Numbered from the stretch's first letter, positions 20,851 to 32,096 are shown. The stretch is 38,078 nt of DNA from Octopus bimaculoides (GCF_001194135.2 NC_068989.1:67695100-67733177), one strand, 5' to 3'. Notes: a model not told the origin generated them from the letters alone. Translations and numbers: made by a program.

Positions 20851-20979
20851 AAATAAAATAAACAGAATTACCTCGGGAGATCGCGGAAGTAAATATAACC
20901 AGCTTTAACCATAATTTAATGACCACTTACCTGGTCATTAAGTCCTCATATCTTTCACGATAATCTGTTTTCTTTTTTT

Positions 20980-21165
20980 TTTTTACTTTTACTTGATTCA
21001 GCCATTAGGCTGCAGCCATACTGGGGCACCGCCTTGAGGAATTTTTTGCGGAACTTATCGACCCCAGTACTTATTTTCATTTGAAGCTTGGCAGTTATTC
21101 TATCGGTTTGTTTCGGAAGACGTAAACTCACCAACACCGGTTGTCAAGCAGTGGTGGGGGAGATG
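20980..21165 (-). mobile_element. Family A SINE, 3' part
   Basis: Reverse strand ends GGCGGTGCCCCAGTATGGCTGCAGCCTAATGGCTGAATCAAGTAAAAG. Confidence 0.8.
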
Positions 21166-21191
21166 TACATGCATACTATCTCTCTCTCTCC

Positions 21192-21237
<46 letters not shown>

Positions 21238-21257
21238 TATAAAAGTTCTGATTGTTT

Positions 21258-21311
<54 letters not shown>
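21258..21311. repeat. (TCTA)n microsatellite
   Basis: Read directly from the sequence. Confidence 0.95.
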
Positions 21312-21312
<1 letters not shown>

Positions 21313-21325
21313 CTTTTATATTTTG

Positions 21326-21685
21326 CTTCTTTCAGTCATTGAACTGCGGTCGTGCTGGGGGCACTGTTTTGAAGGGTTCAATGGAGCAAATCGCATCTAG
21401 TATTTACTATTTGAACCTTGTACTTTTTCTATGCGCTTCCTTTGCTGAATAGGAGCTACAGAGGCGTAAACAAACCAACTCAGGTTGTCAAGCGGTGGTG
21501 GAGACAAACGCAATGAGAAAGACGTACACATACATATATAATCGACGGGCTTCACTCATTTTCCGTCCACCAAATCCACTCACAAGGCTTTAGTCGGCCC
21601 GAGGATATAGCAGAAGACACTTGTCCAAGGTTTCACACAGAGGGCCTGAACACCGGAACCATGTGTTTGGGAAGCAAACTTCATA
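21326..21685 (-). mobile_element. Family A SINE, degenerate near-full copy
   Basis: Tail TTCAGTCATTGAACTGCGG, core GGTTGTCAAGCG and head CCAAATCCACTCACAAGGCTTT...GGAACCATGTG. Confidence 0.8.
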
Positions 21686-21977
21686 ACAATGCTTCAAATT
21701 TATTGAATGTTCTACAAAAAAGTAAAGCTCAAAATTAAGTTCATATTACTATTTTTTAAAAATATCCCATAATCCTTCAAATATCCACATGCAACCTTAG
21801 AAAATTATATTACTATACTTCAGTGGAAATATCGAATCGTGCAATCTCTGAAAGAAATTACAATGTTATCACAACAGATACTATGATACGCCTTTTTAGC
21901 AAGGAGTTTGCTCCCTTTATCTGTTATCGCTTCAAAATTATGTATGTGATATGTACTCTTTTATTTAACTTGCTTCA

Positions 21978-22147
21978 GAGATTTGACTGCGGCTATGCAG
22001 GAGCACTGCCCTTAGTCGAACAAATCGACCCCCAAAGCTTATTCTTTGTAAGCCTAGTACTTATTCTATCGGTCTCTTTTGACGAACCGCTAAGTTACGG
22101 GGATATCAGTTGTCAAGCGATGTTAGCGGGGACACAAACACAGACGC

Positions 22148-22192
<45 letters not shown>

Positions 22193-22370
22193 AACACACG
22201 CACATGCATACGACGGGCTTCTTCCAGTTTCTGTCTACCAAATCCACTCACAAGGCTTTGATCGGTCTGAGCTATAGTATCTGACACAAGGTGCCACGCA
22301 ATGGGACTGAACCTGTAACCATGTGGTTGGGAAAGCAAGCTTCTTACCACACGGCCACGCCTGCGCCTAT
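21978..22370 (-). mobile_element. Family A SINE, near full length
   Basis: Colinear with 24656-25060; internal (CA)n; head ends CCTGCGCCT. Confidence 0.85.
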
Positions 22371-22662
22371 ATGCATGTATGCATATATATATATATATAT
22401 ANNNNNNNNNNNNNNNNNNNNNNNNNNNNNNNNNNNNNNNNNNNNNNNNNNNNNNNNNNNNNNNNNNNNNNNNNNNNNNNNNNNNNNNNNNNNNNNNNNN
22501 NNNNNNNNNNNNNNNNNNNNNNNNNNNNNNNNNNNNNNNNNNNNNNNNNNNNNNNNNNNNNNNNNNNNNNNNNNNNNNNNNNNNNNNNNNNNNNNNNNNN
22601 NNNNNNNNNNNNNNNNNNNNNNNNNNNNNNNNNNNNNNNNNNNNNNNNNNNNNNNNNNNNNN

Positions 22663-22695
<33 letters not shown>

Positions 22696-22986
22696 AAGTA
22701 TGGGGGTTTAGTTCACAGGTGATCTGAACGATTAGGTACGCTAGGTAAGTGCTGTAACGGATTACTTGGGCTTCAAGGTTATAGTCGAGACAGTGGTTAT
22801 GGAGCTATTGCAGATTTCCGATGCAGCAGATATATAATTGTTAAACAGGACGGCAAACATTAAGGCAAGGCAAGCATCTCAAGTCGTACGCAATATTATT
22901 ATTGTAAAAATTCAAAATCTTACAGCTGTTTCTGGGATATCTCCGAGTATGGGATATGCAGTCATCAGAGACAAATATGGAAAAAA

Positions 22987-23274
22987 ATAGGGAAAATGAG
23001 AATGGTATATATTAATGAGATGACGACATAGAAGAAGGGAGTAAAAGAATAAGGAGGTGGAAAGAAAGAAGAAAAAAGAAGCATAAAAGTTCATAGTTCA
23101 GCTTTCCGAAGTTATAAAAACCAGAGCATGAGTCCTTAGGCGCAATCTTGCGTAGATCCATGAGCGTAAGTCCTTAGGTGCAATCCTGCGTAGATCCAAG
23201 CGGGTTAAAATCCTGATATAATAGACATATTATGTCGTCATCTCATTAATATATACCATTCTCATTTTCCCTAT
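22987..23274. repeat. Perfect 44-bp inverted repeat pair (22987-23030 and 23231-23274)
   Basis: ATAGGGAAAATGAGAATGGTATATATTAATGAGATGACGACATA and its exact reverse complement. The spacer contains a 30-bp tandem duplication (23131-23160 / 23169-23198). Confidence 0.9.
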
Positions 23275-24240
23275 GCTAGTGCCCTCTGAAGCTTTGAATC
23301 ACTAGGTCTTATACGATGATCCATAAGTCAGAAGCGAACCCCCCCCCANNNNNNNNNNNNNNNNNNNNNNNNNNNNNNNNNNNNNNNNNNNNNNNNNNNN
23401 NNNNNNNNNNNNNNNNNNNNNNNNNNNNNNNNNNNNNNNNNNNNNNNNNNNNNNNNNNNNNNNNNNNNNNNNNNNNNNNNNNNNNNNNNNNNNNNNNNNN
23501 NNNNNNNNNNNNNNNNNNNNNNNNNNNNNNNNNNNNNNNNNNNNNNNNNNNNNNNNNNNNNNNNNNNNNNNNNNNNNNNNNNNNNNNNNNNNNNNNNNNN
23601 NNNNNNNNNNNNNNNNNNNNNNNNNNNNNNNNNNNNNNNNNNNNNNNNNNNNNNNNNNNNNNNNNNNNNNNNNNNNNNNNNNNNNNNNNNNNNNNNNNNN
23701 NNNNNNNNNNNNNNNNNNNNNNNNNNNNNNNNNNNNNNNNNNNNNNNNNNNNNNNNNNNNNNNNNNNNNNNNNNNNNNNNNNNNNNNNNNNNNNNNNNNN
23801 NNNNNNNNNNNNNNNNNNNNNNNNNNNNNNNNNNNNNNNNNNNNNNNNNNNNNNNNNNNNNNNNNNNNNNNNNNNNNNNNNNNNNNNNNNNNNNNNNNNN
23901 NNNNNNNNNNNNNNNNNNNNNNNNNNNNNNNNNNNNNNNNNNNNNNNNNNNNNNNNNNNNNNNNNNNNNNNNNNNNNNNNNNNNNNNNNNNNNNNNNNNN
24001 NNNNNNNNNNNNNNNNNNNNNNNNNNNNNNNNNNNNNNNNNNNNNNNNNNNNNNNNNNNNNNAAAACGGGGTAACAAAGACTGTTAGAGTTATTTCCCTT
24101 TATTCAAAATTTTAAAACCTTGGTTTGAAATTATCTCCCTTCGATTAAGAACTTTCCCATAAATTCATGCGACGATTGACTGTTCAATTAGTGTTTAAAA
24201 TAACAATGATTAATTAATAAACTGGAATATATTTTGCATG

Positions 24241-24510
24241 GCTTTACGTTCTGAGTTCATTTTCTGCCGAGGTCGATTTTAGCATTCGTCCTTTCGGAGA
24301 TTGATGAATTAAGTACAAGTTGCGTACTTGTGTCGATCTACTCGACTGCCCCACTTCCCCCCAAATTTCGGTTCGGGCCTTGTGCCTAGAGTAGAAAAGA
24401 ATCGTTAGCACGCCGGACAAAATGCTTAGCGGCATTTCTTCCAGCTTTACATACCGAGTTCAAACTCAACTGAAGTGAATTTTGCCTTTCATCGTTTCGA
24501 ACTAATAAAA
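24241..24510 (+). mobile_element. Two tandem degenerate family E SINE pieces
   Basis: TTACGTTCTGAGTTC...GGGCCTTGTGCCTAGAGTAGAAAAGAAT followed by a second head CGTTAGCACGCCGG...TTTGCCTTTCATC. Confidence 0.75.
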
Positions 24511-24655
24511 TAGCTTACCTGTCGAGCATTGGGGATGATACAATAGATGAGACCTAAACTTCAGCCTTGTGTCTACAGTAGAACGAATATTAAAAGCCAC
24601 CACATATTTGAGCGAAGAATAAATACAGACAATTATTTTCAATAAGCAGTTCATA

Positions 24656-25060
24656 CTCTTTTACTCTTTTACTTGTTTCAGTCATTTGACTGCGACCATG
24701 CTGGAGCACTGCCTTTAGTCGAGCAAATCGACCCGGGACTTATTCTTTGTAAGCCCAGTACTTATTCTATCGGTCTCTTTTGCACAACCGCTAAGCGACG
24801 GGGACATAAACACACCAGCATTGGTTGTCAAGCAATGCTAGGGGGACAAACACAGACCCCCCCACACACAAACACACACACACACATATATATATACGAC
24901 GGGCTTCTTTCAGTTTCCGTCTACCAAATCCACTCACAAGGCTTTGGTCGGCCCGAGGCTATAGTAGAAGACACTTGCTCAAGATGCCACGCAGTGGGAC
25001 TGAACCCGGAACCATGTGGTTGTTAAGCAAGCTACTTACCACACAGCCACTCCTGCGCCT
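24656..25060 (-). mobile_element. Family A SINE, full length, well conserved
   Basis: Complete from the tRNA-like head to the 3' stem-loop CAGTC-AAAT-GACTG and (AAAAGAGT)n tail. Confidence 0.92.
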
Positions 25061-25140
25061 ATTTAATTCTTTTTTTGGCGACGCCTGTCTTTTTCTTAAA
25101 TAGCATGTCAATTTTGGAGAATTCTTGATTCTTGAGATTA

Positions 25141-26096
25141 CTAGGTGGTATCAAAAGGTTCTCAAACTTGTTATGTTTAATAAAAAAATAACTCATTTAA
25201 CATCATCGCCTTCGAAATAGTCACCTCGTGCAGTAATACACCGGTTCTACCATTTTTGGAATCTGGACTGGAAGTCGTTTTCCGTAAGAAAGTCGTAGAT
25301 CGTCTGCGATTCACTCTGGATCTCGACAGCGGTGTTAAAACGGTGACCATTAAGCTGCATTTTCATTTTGGGGAAGAGATAGAAGTCCGCAGGTGCTAAA
25401 TCTGGTGAATAGGGCGAGTGTAGAAGCGATACCATGTTGTTTTTGTCGAGAAACCCACGAGGGAAGATAGTTCGGTGAAGAATCCAATTCTTTGTGCTCC
25501 ACAAATCCGGTCACTTTCGCCAAATGTGCTCCATCAAATGCTTCAAAACATTGCAGTAGAACTCTCGATTGACTGTCTGACCCTGGGGGACGAATTCTAG
25601 ATGCATAATACCACATTCCCAGGGGCAACGCTTGTAGCAGATCTTCCAGATCGCTCCTCGCCTTCCAGATCGCTCCTCGCCTTCCAGATCGCTCCTCGCC
25701 TTCCAGATCGCTCCTCGCCTTCCAGATCGCTCCTCGCCTTCCAGATCGCTCCTCGCCTTCCAGAGACGTTCTGATTTTGTCACTTGAAACATTGCGTATG
25801 ATCCATTGCGTCGTCATCGTAAGCTTGCCGAAGTATGCTCAATGTAGCAGACTTATCAAGTTTAAAGAAAATTTCACGTTGGCTCTTTGTTCCTGTCCAT
25901 AACGAAAATCGCAGACTACAGCATACATGTGATCACAAAAACACAAATTTCACAACTTGCGAAGTAAACGCAGTGATGCCACTCGGCACACTGCCTCATG
26001 AAGGTCACTGCTAATTGTCACTGAGCACAGAACCGTGTGCTGCAATCTGTTGGCACGCTGCAGAACTAGTCAGGGGACTTTTTAAATACCACATCG
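25141..26096 (-). mobile_element. Internally deleted mariner with TIRs and TA target duplications
   Basis: TA-CTAGGTGGTATCAAAAGG and, on the reverse strand, TA-CGATGTGGTATTTAAAAAG as degenerate TIRs; TA at 25139-40 and 26097-98. Motifs HLEFVPQGQTVNREFY, PYSPDLAPADFYLFPKMK and N-terminal EGEERSGR; the central region is missing. Confidence 0.9.
25644..25764. repeat. Perfect 19-bp minisatellite, 6 copies plus 7 bp
   Basis: TTCCAGATCGCTCCTCGCC starts at 25644, 25663, 25682, 25701, 25720 and 25739. Confidence 0.97.
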
Positions 26097-26559
26097 TATC
26101 TTCCATTGATTCTTGAGAATATCTCCCTTTCTCATACGGAGCTGATGCTAATTGCCATTTGGTAATTATAACATATCGTCTGCAGGCAGATATAATTTTA
26201 TTAAATCGCGAATTTATGTTGTATGGTACTTGATATATCTGTATTTGTCCATGTTATTCAAATACATGTCACTAACCACTGTGCTATATCTCTTAGGTCA
26301 ATGTTGTTTAAATTATGCAAATTAACTAAGCCGTAGATGTGTTCTACTCTTTTTGAAGCAAATTATTTTCGTATTTGAATAGTTCAAACAAATTATATAT
26401 GAAAAGAATATGTCCCATCATATTCTAATGTCTGTTACCCATCATATTCCCATCAGAATATGTCCCATCATATTCTACTGTCTGTTACCACCGTTCTGCC
26501 CGTAGCTCAATTCCACGCTCATACCATTTGATTAGTTTAGAAGTAAAAAATATCCCTGC

Positions 26560-27500
26560 CCCTGCTTACAACCTGATCCAAATCACTGAACCACCGTTCG
26601 TGCAGGAAATGAGTCACGGTAACCTGATGATGCAAGATCTGGGTTGTAGGAAGGATGAGGCTGCACTTCTAGCCCTTCAAACTCCTCAAGTTTGTACTTG
26701 TTCACATTGATAATATGTGCAGGAGCATCGTCATGCTGTAAGAGTGTACGTCTGCCATTGTCTAATGATAGCTGGAGGGCTTTTAAAGCATCACATATCC
26801 GCAGCAGTTGTTGAGCATGAAAGTTAGCGTTCGTAGCATCACCACCTGGGAAAGGTTCAAAGCAAAACACCTCTTTGAAATTCCACCAAACACACAACAT
26901 GACTTTCTGTTCAAACTGCTTTTTGTTTGACAATAGGTTCTGAAGCCTGGCCGGAACGAAGCCACTGATTTCTCTTATTAAGATTACAAAAATAGATCAA
27001 TTTTCTATCCCTGCCATCGACGCCAAAAACTGGACTGTTGAAGATTTACTTGAGCCTGATCATTGGGTTGGTCTTGAAGAACTTCCTGACAACATTTGTT
27101 CACAAGTCTAAGCTTATAGAGGTGTCGATTGACGATGCTTTCTGAAGGACCAGGTTCTGCTGACAATGTACAAGTGTTTGTACTTAGCTCTTGTTCAGCC
27201 TTTTCAAGCAAGATTTCATCTTTCACAGTAGAATATATCCCCCACTTTGGTTTGTCTTTGAGGCTGGTGTCAACTTCTTTGAAGCATCTGAAATAGTTTT
27301 GTGACAGTTCCTTGGCCTTCTTTTTGCCGCTGCCCTTGCACTCAGTTTTTTTTCTCCACATGTAGCGTAAAATGCCTCTAATTGCCTTTTTTCACCACTT
27401 ATTATCGTAGTAGTAAAATAAAGAATAAACAATTCAGCAACGATTGGACTACAAAATATATCGAATTCATGTAATAGCATGGAGATACAAGTTGCCAAAA
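26560..27500 (-). mobile_element. Highly decayed mariner transposase
   Basis: SLKDKPK.G (LxDxPRSG-like), KVMLCVWW, LLQHDDAPAH and PHPSYNPDLASSGY (HPPYSPDLAPSDY-like). Confidence 0.85.
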
Positions 27501-27959
27501 ATTCATCAGCGAAAATTCGAAAAAAATTTTTGAATCAACCTAGTATATGCTCAAGTGCCTTGGCTGCTGGGGCACATACCAGGATGGCCAATTGTTGAGC
27601 TGGTGACACCTACTGGGGCACAAACACGGGTCCTCGACTGTCTTTGTATTTGCATATAACAAGTCTGCTTTTCATTTAATCTTTTCTTTCTGGAGATTAT
27701 CTCCCCTTTCTCATATGGCGCTTATCTTTGCCATTTGATAACTATGATACATCATCTGGAGGCGGAGACAAAAAAAGATAAAAATTTTATGTTGTACAGT
27801 ATTTGATATACCTGTAATTGTGTATGTTATATAATGATACTGTTTGACTAAATGAGTTAAATATACTGTAATTGCTTCTGTAATTAATGTACATCAATGG
27901 AGTGGACGTAAGTACATTGTGGTTATTTCGTTAATCACATGTATTGATTCTAAACAAGC

Positions 27960-28820
27960 TAGTTGGATGATAAGTGCATGTGCGTGTGTGTGTGCGTATG
28001 ACTGTATATGGGTGTGAATCGTGTGTCTGTGTGTGCGCATGAGAGTATATAGGTGTGCATAGGTACGTGTGTGTGAATGTGCTTGTGCGTGAATGCTTGT
28101 GTGTGTGTGTGTGTGTGTGTGTGCGTATGTGTGCATTTACGTGTGAATGCGTGCGTGTCTTCGTGTGTGCACATATGTGTGAGCCTGTGTCTTTACATGT
28201 GCGTGCTTGTGCATATGCGACAGTGTATGCCTGCGTGTGCCTACGTGTGCATGTTTGTTGCTTGTGCTTGTGTGGTTGTGTGTGCGTGTGTGGTTGTGTG
28301 TGCGCGTGCGTGTGTATTTGCGTGTGCTTGTGAGTGTGTGTGTGTGTGTGTGTGTCTGCGTGTGGTTGCATGCGCGCGAACGTCTTTGCGTGTGCGTGCT
28401 TGTGCATATGTGAGTATGTTTGCCAGCGTCGTGCCTACATGGGTATGTGTGTGNNNNNNNNNNNNNNNNNNNNNNNNNNNNNNNNNNNNNNNNNNNNNNN
28501 NNNNNNNNNNNNNNNNNNNNNNNNNNATGTGTTTGTGCATGTGATTGTGTGGGGTGTGGTGGTGTTGGTGGTAGTGATGGTAGTGGTGGTGGTGTATGTG
28601 TGTGTGTGCGTCACGTGTTCAGGTGTGCATGTGTGTGTGTGTGTGTGTGTGTGTGTCTGCCCACCTTTCTCTGTGCATGAGTGTGAGTGTGAGTGTGTGT
28701 GTGTTTGCACGCGAACCCGTGTAACCCATGTATGGGTGTGCGCGCGCGTGTATGTACACATGTTTGTGTGTGTATGCGTGCATATGTGTGCACGCGTGTA
28801 TATGTGTGTGTGTGCGCGTG
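27960..28820. repeat. Long compound TG/TGCG microsatellite spanning a gap
   Basis: Read directly; it generates the spurious His/Thr- and Cys/Val-rich ORFs in the track. Confidence 0.95.
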
Positions 28821-28822
28821 CG

Positions 28823-28942
28823 TTCCTCATTGAAAAGAGTACCACTAAACACAAAGCAAGAGAAATCCTGGCGTACAGCCTACTAACATACACCAACAGT
28901 AATTTAGTCCGCGGACTAAAAATTAGCGATCAAGGTAGATAA
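28823..28942 (+). mobile_element. Possible C-terminal remnant of a Penelope-like GIY-YIG endonuclease
   Basis: LIEKSTTKHKAREILAYSLLTYTNSNLVRGLKISDQGR* loosely resembles the KxRExLE...N...G end of Penelope ORFs; weak. Confidence 0.25.
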
Positions 28943-29179
28943 CTCCAAAAGTAGTAAGGAACAAATGAAAGATAAAAAAATGAGCGTTAAAATGTATACA
29001 AGGTTAAATGAATACAAATAGACTATTACTGCATGACATATAGAGATAATTCTAAGTGTAATGAGTATCTGATGATTAAGGTAGCATCTAATATCATTAC
29101 CTTTGTGGGAAACTCGCGGCTAGCGAGACTTTCTGAATGGTATGCCTAACGAAAAATTACCTTCAATGATCTTTTAGTA

Positions 29180-29450
29180 GTGCTGTCGGCCTGACCGGGC
29201 TATGCATTGTGTTCTTGAGCAAGACACTTTATTTCACGTTGCTTCAGTTCATTCATCTGTAGAAATAAGTTGCGACGTCACTGGTGGCAAGCTGTATCAG
29301 TCTTTGCCTTTCCCTTGGATAACACTGCTGGCATAGAAAGGGGAGACTCTGGTATGCGTGAGCGACTGCTGGTCTTCTATAAACAACCTTGCCCTGACTT
29401 GTACCTCGGAGGGTAGCTTTCTAGGTGCAATCCCGTGGTCATTAAGTGGT
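29180..29450 (+). mobile_element. SINE fragment, family G (my label)
   Basis: TGTGTTCTTGAGCAAGACACTT box, common just after tRNA-derived heads; non-coding body. Confidence 0.55.
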
Positions 29451-29805
29451 GTCTTTACTTTACCTGTCCGCCTGCTGACAAGCCATATCTCATGCAGCTC
29501 GCTTCTCGGAAAGGGTTGCTCACGCTTGGTTCAAATGCTGCTTTACTAATGAGAGATTTATTATAAACCAGTGGCTCCAAAGTTTTTTCTCCTTGGCCCA
29601 CATTCCTAGCTCTCCCAACCGCTCATCACCACAAACATAGACCACTTTCTGCAGCAAATTCAAAACAACTGTATTTCACAAGTAACACTTAACCTGATTA
29701 ACCCATTATTTTGAGTTTTTACTTTATATCTATTGCCCTCTTTCGACCAGCCCATTACCACCCAACTTTTCTTCAATGCCTCCACTAGATCTTTCCACCA
29801 CCGTC

Positions 29806-29950
29806 CCTGCGTGTGCCTACGTGTGCATGCTTGTTGTTTGTGCGTGTGTGCTTGTGTGTGTGCGCGTGCATGTGTATTTGCGTGTGCTTGTGAGTGTGTG
29901 TGTGTCTGCGTATGGTTGCATGCGCGCGAACGTGTTTGCGTGTGCGTGCG
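29806..29950 (+). repeat. Local copy of compound microsatellite segment 28230-28399
   Basis: Shares the distinctive strings CCTGCGTGTGCCTACGTGTGCATG, GTGTATTTGCGTGTGCTTGTGAGTG and GGTTGCATGCGCGCGAACGT. Confidence 0.9.
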
Positions 29951-29952
29951 TG

Positions 29953-30135
29953 TCCAGCTGGGTAACACATACGCCATTGAAACCGAGAAACCGGGCCCAT
30001 GAGACTGGCTAGGCTTTAAAAGGGCGCATTTATTTTTTTAACTTTATATATACACTTTATAAATGGAGGCGCAATGGCCCAGTGGTTAGGGCAGCGGACT
30101 CGCGGTCATAGGATCGCGGTTTCGATTCCCAGACC
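29953..30135 (+). mobile_element. Family F SINE pieces (3' part 29953-30025; new head 30065-30135 running into a gap)
   Basis: CCAGCTGGG.AACACATACGCCAT.GAAACCG matches 31955-31990. Head GGAGGCGCAATGGCCCAGTGGTTAGGGCAGCGGACTC...TTCGATTCC matches 31730-31800. Confidence 0.8.
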
Positions 30136-30887
30136 NNNNNNNNNNNNNNNNNNNNNNNNNNNNNNNNNNNNNNNNNNNNNNNNNNNNNNNNNNNNNNNNN
30201 NNNNNNNNNNNNNNNNNNNNNNNNNNNNNNNNNNNNNNNNNNNNNNNNNNNNNNNNNNNNNNNNNNNNNNNNNNNNNNNNNNNNNNNNNNNNNNNNNNNN
30301 NNNNNNNNNNNNNNNNNNNNNNNNNNNNNNNNNNNNNNNNNNNNNNNNNNNNNNNNNNNNNNNNNNNNNNNNNNNNNNNNNNNNNNNNNNNNNNNNNNNN
30401 NNNNNNNNNNNNNNNNNNNNNNNNNNNNNNNNNNNNNNNNNNNNNNNNNNNNNNNNNNNNNNNNNNNNNNNNNNNNNNNNNNNNNNNNNNNNNNNNNNNN
30501 NNNNNNNNNNNNNNNNNNNNNNNNNNNNNNNNNNNNNNNNNNNNNNNNNNNNNNNNNNNNNNNNNNNNNNNNNNNNNNNNNNNNNNNNNNNNNNNNNNNN
30601 NNNNNNNNNNNNNNNNNNNNNNNNNNNNNNNNNNNNNNNNNNNNNNNNNNNNNNNNNNNNNNNNNNNNNNNNNNNNNNNNNNNNNNNNNNNNNNNNNNNN
30701 NNNNNNNNNNNNNNNNNNNNNNNNNNNNNNNNNNNNNNNNNNNNNNNNNNNNNNNNNNNNNNNNNNNNNNNNNNNNNNNNNNNNNNNNNNNNNNNNNNNN
30801 NNNNNNNNNNNNNNNNNNNNNNNNNNNNNNNNNNNNNNNNNNNNNNNNNNNNNNNNNNNNNNNNNNNNCCACCAGAACCACCTCTAT

Positions 30888-30918
<31 letters not shown>

Positions 30919-31014
30919 ACCACCACAATCTCTTACCTTCTCCCTTCCCTCCCCTCTCCTTCCCCTCTCTGCTAAAATTATATTTTTAACTCCTCCTCTG
31001 TATCATCACTACCT

Positions 31015-31340
31015 TCAACTAACTTTTTAAACCATGTAATAAATACTAAGTTCTCCCTACCTCACGTCATGGACGCTTCTCTCTCCGTCTTTTTTCTCTC
31101 CGCCTTTTTCTCTCCGTCTTTTTCTCTCCGTCTTTTTCTCTCGCCTTCTTTTTCTTTCTCCCTCTTTTTGTCTCACTCTTCATGTTTATTCTCTTTTTCT
31201 CTCCTTTTTCTTTCTCCTCTCTTTCCCTTCAACTAATCTCGTGAAAGTGTTCCATTCCTTCCAACTCACTTCATGAACGCTTCTCTCTCCCGCTTTCCTT
31301 TCACCCTCTTTTTCTCTAATCACGTGAAAGCGTTATCGAA
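31015..31340. repeat. CT-rich imperfect tandem region (14-bp CTCTCCGTCTTTTT units; ~210-bp higher-order repeat)
   Basis: About 5 short units at 31081-31150; CTCAC.TCATG.ACGCTTCTCTCTCC occurs twice (~31042 and ~31266). Confidence 0.6.
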
Positions 31341-31729
31341 TCGACGGGCTAAGCTACAGAATGACAAGCAGAATCATTATAAAATTAAAAGTATAACAGC
31401 TATAGTAATTTAATCTTTGCAAAATCTCTCTAAACCTATATTATCTAAGATGTCTTTTGCTTTTATAAGTCGGGTGTCATTTGATTCAGATTGAGCAGTA
31501 GACTAATATTTCGAGCCAGTGAGAAGAGCTTCTCTATTAGTCTTCTTTAAGAAATAGCTGATATATATTTCAAGCTGAAATATATTTCTAGTCATTTGAA
31601 TATATATGTTGATACAATAGGCTAGTGATAAAATCTGAAGCACCAATGTCGAAAACAAATGCCACAGAAACAAAATAAAATTAATTTTCAGTTGAAGAAA
31701 GAATACAACAACGTATACATATGCACGTA

Positions 31730-32002
31730 GAGGCGCAATGGCCTAGTGGTTAGGGCAGCGGACTCGCGTTCGGAGGATCGCGGTTTCGATTCCTAGACCG
31801 GGCGTTGTGTGTTTTTATTGAGCGAAAACACCTAAAGCTCCATGAGGCTCCGGCAGTGGGTGGTGGTGACCCCTGTTGTACTCTTTCGCTCCAACTTTTT
31901 CTCACTCTTTCTTTCTGTTTCTTGAGTAAAAAGCTGCGATGAACTGGCGTCCCGTCCAGCTGGGGGGAACACATACGCCATAGAAACCGGAAAACAGGCC
32001 CT
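31730..32002 (+). mobile_element. Family F SINE with a V-domain-like core
   Basis: tRNA-like head with A/B boxes; GCTGCGATGAACTGGCGTCCCGTCCAG resembles the V-SINE core as recalled. Confidence 0.8.
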
Positions 32003-32096
32003 ATTCTCCACAAGAGGCTAAGAGGATTTCCATTCTATTCCATATATATATAAAGCTAAATTTGTAAGTTCTAAAATTGCAGAAGAATTCGCTACT

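Noticed and set aside
25644-25764. CRISPR-like array (also considered for 660-789 and 8640-8880)
   Set aside because: Head-to-tail repeats with no unique spacers, no cas genes, eukaryotic context.
26400-26490. 34-bp direct duplication (GAATATGTCCCATCATATTCTA.TGTCTGTTACC)
   Set aside because: Ordinary short slippage duplication with no further structure.
27894-30012. His/Thr- and Cys/Val-rich ORFs
   Set aside because: Translations of CA/TG microsatellites.
30065-30135. Functional tRNA gene
   Set aside because: Same head as the SINE at 31730, which continues into a SINE body; no proper cloverleaf.
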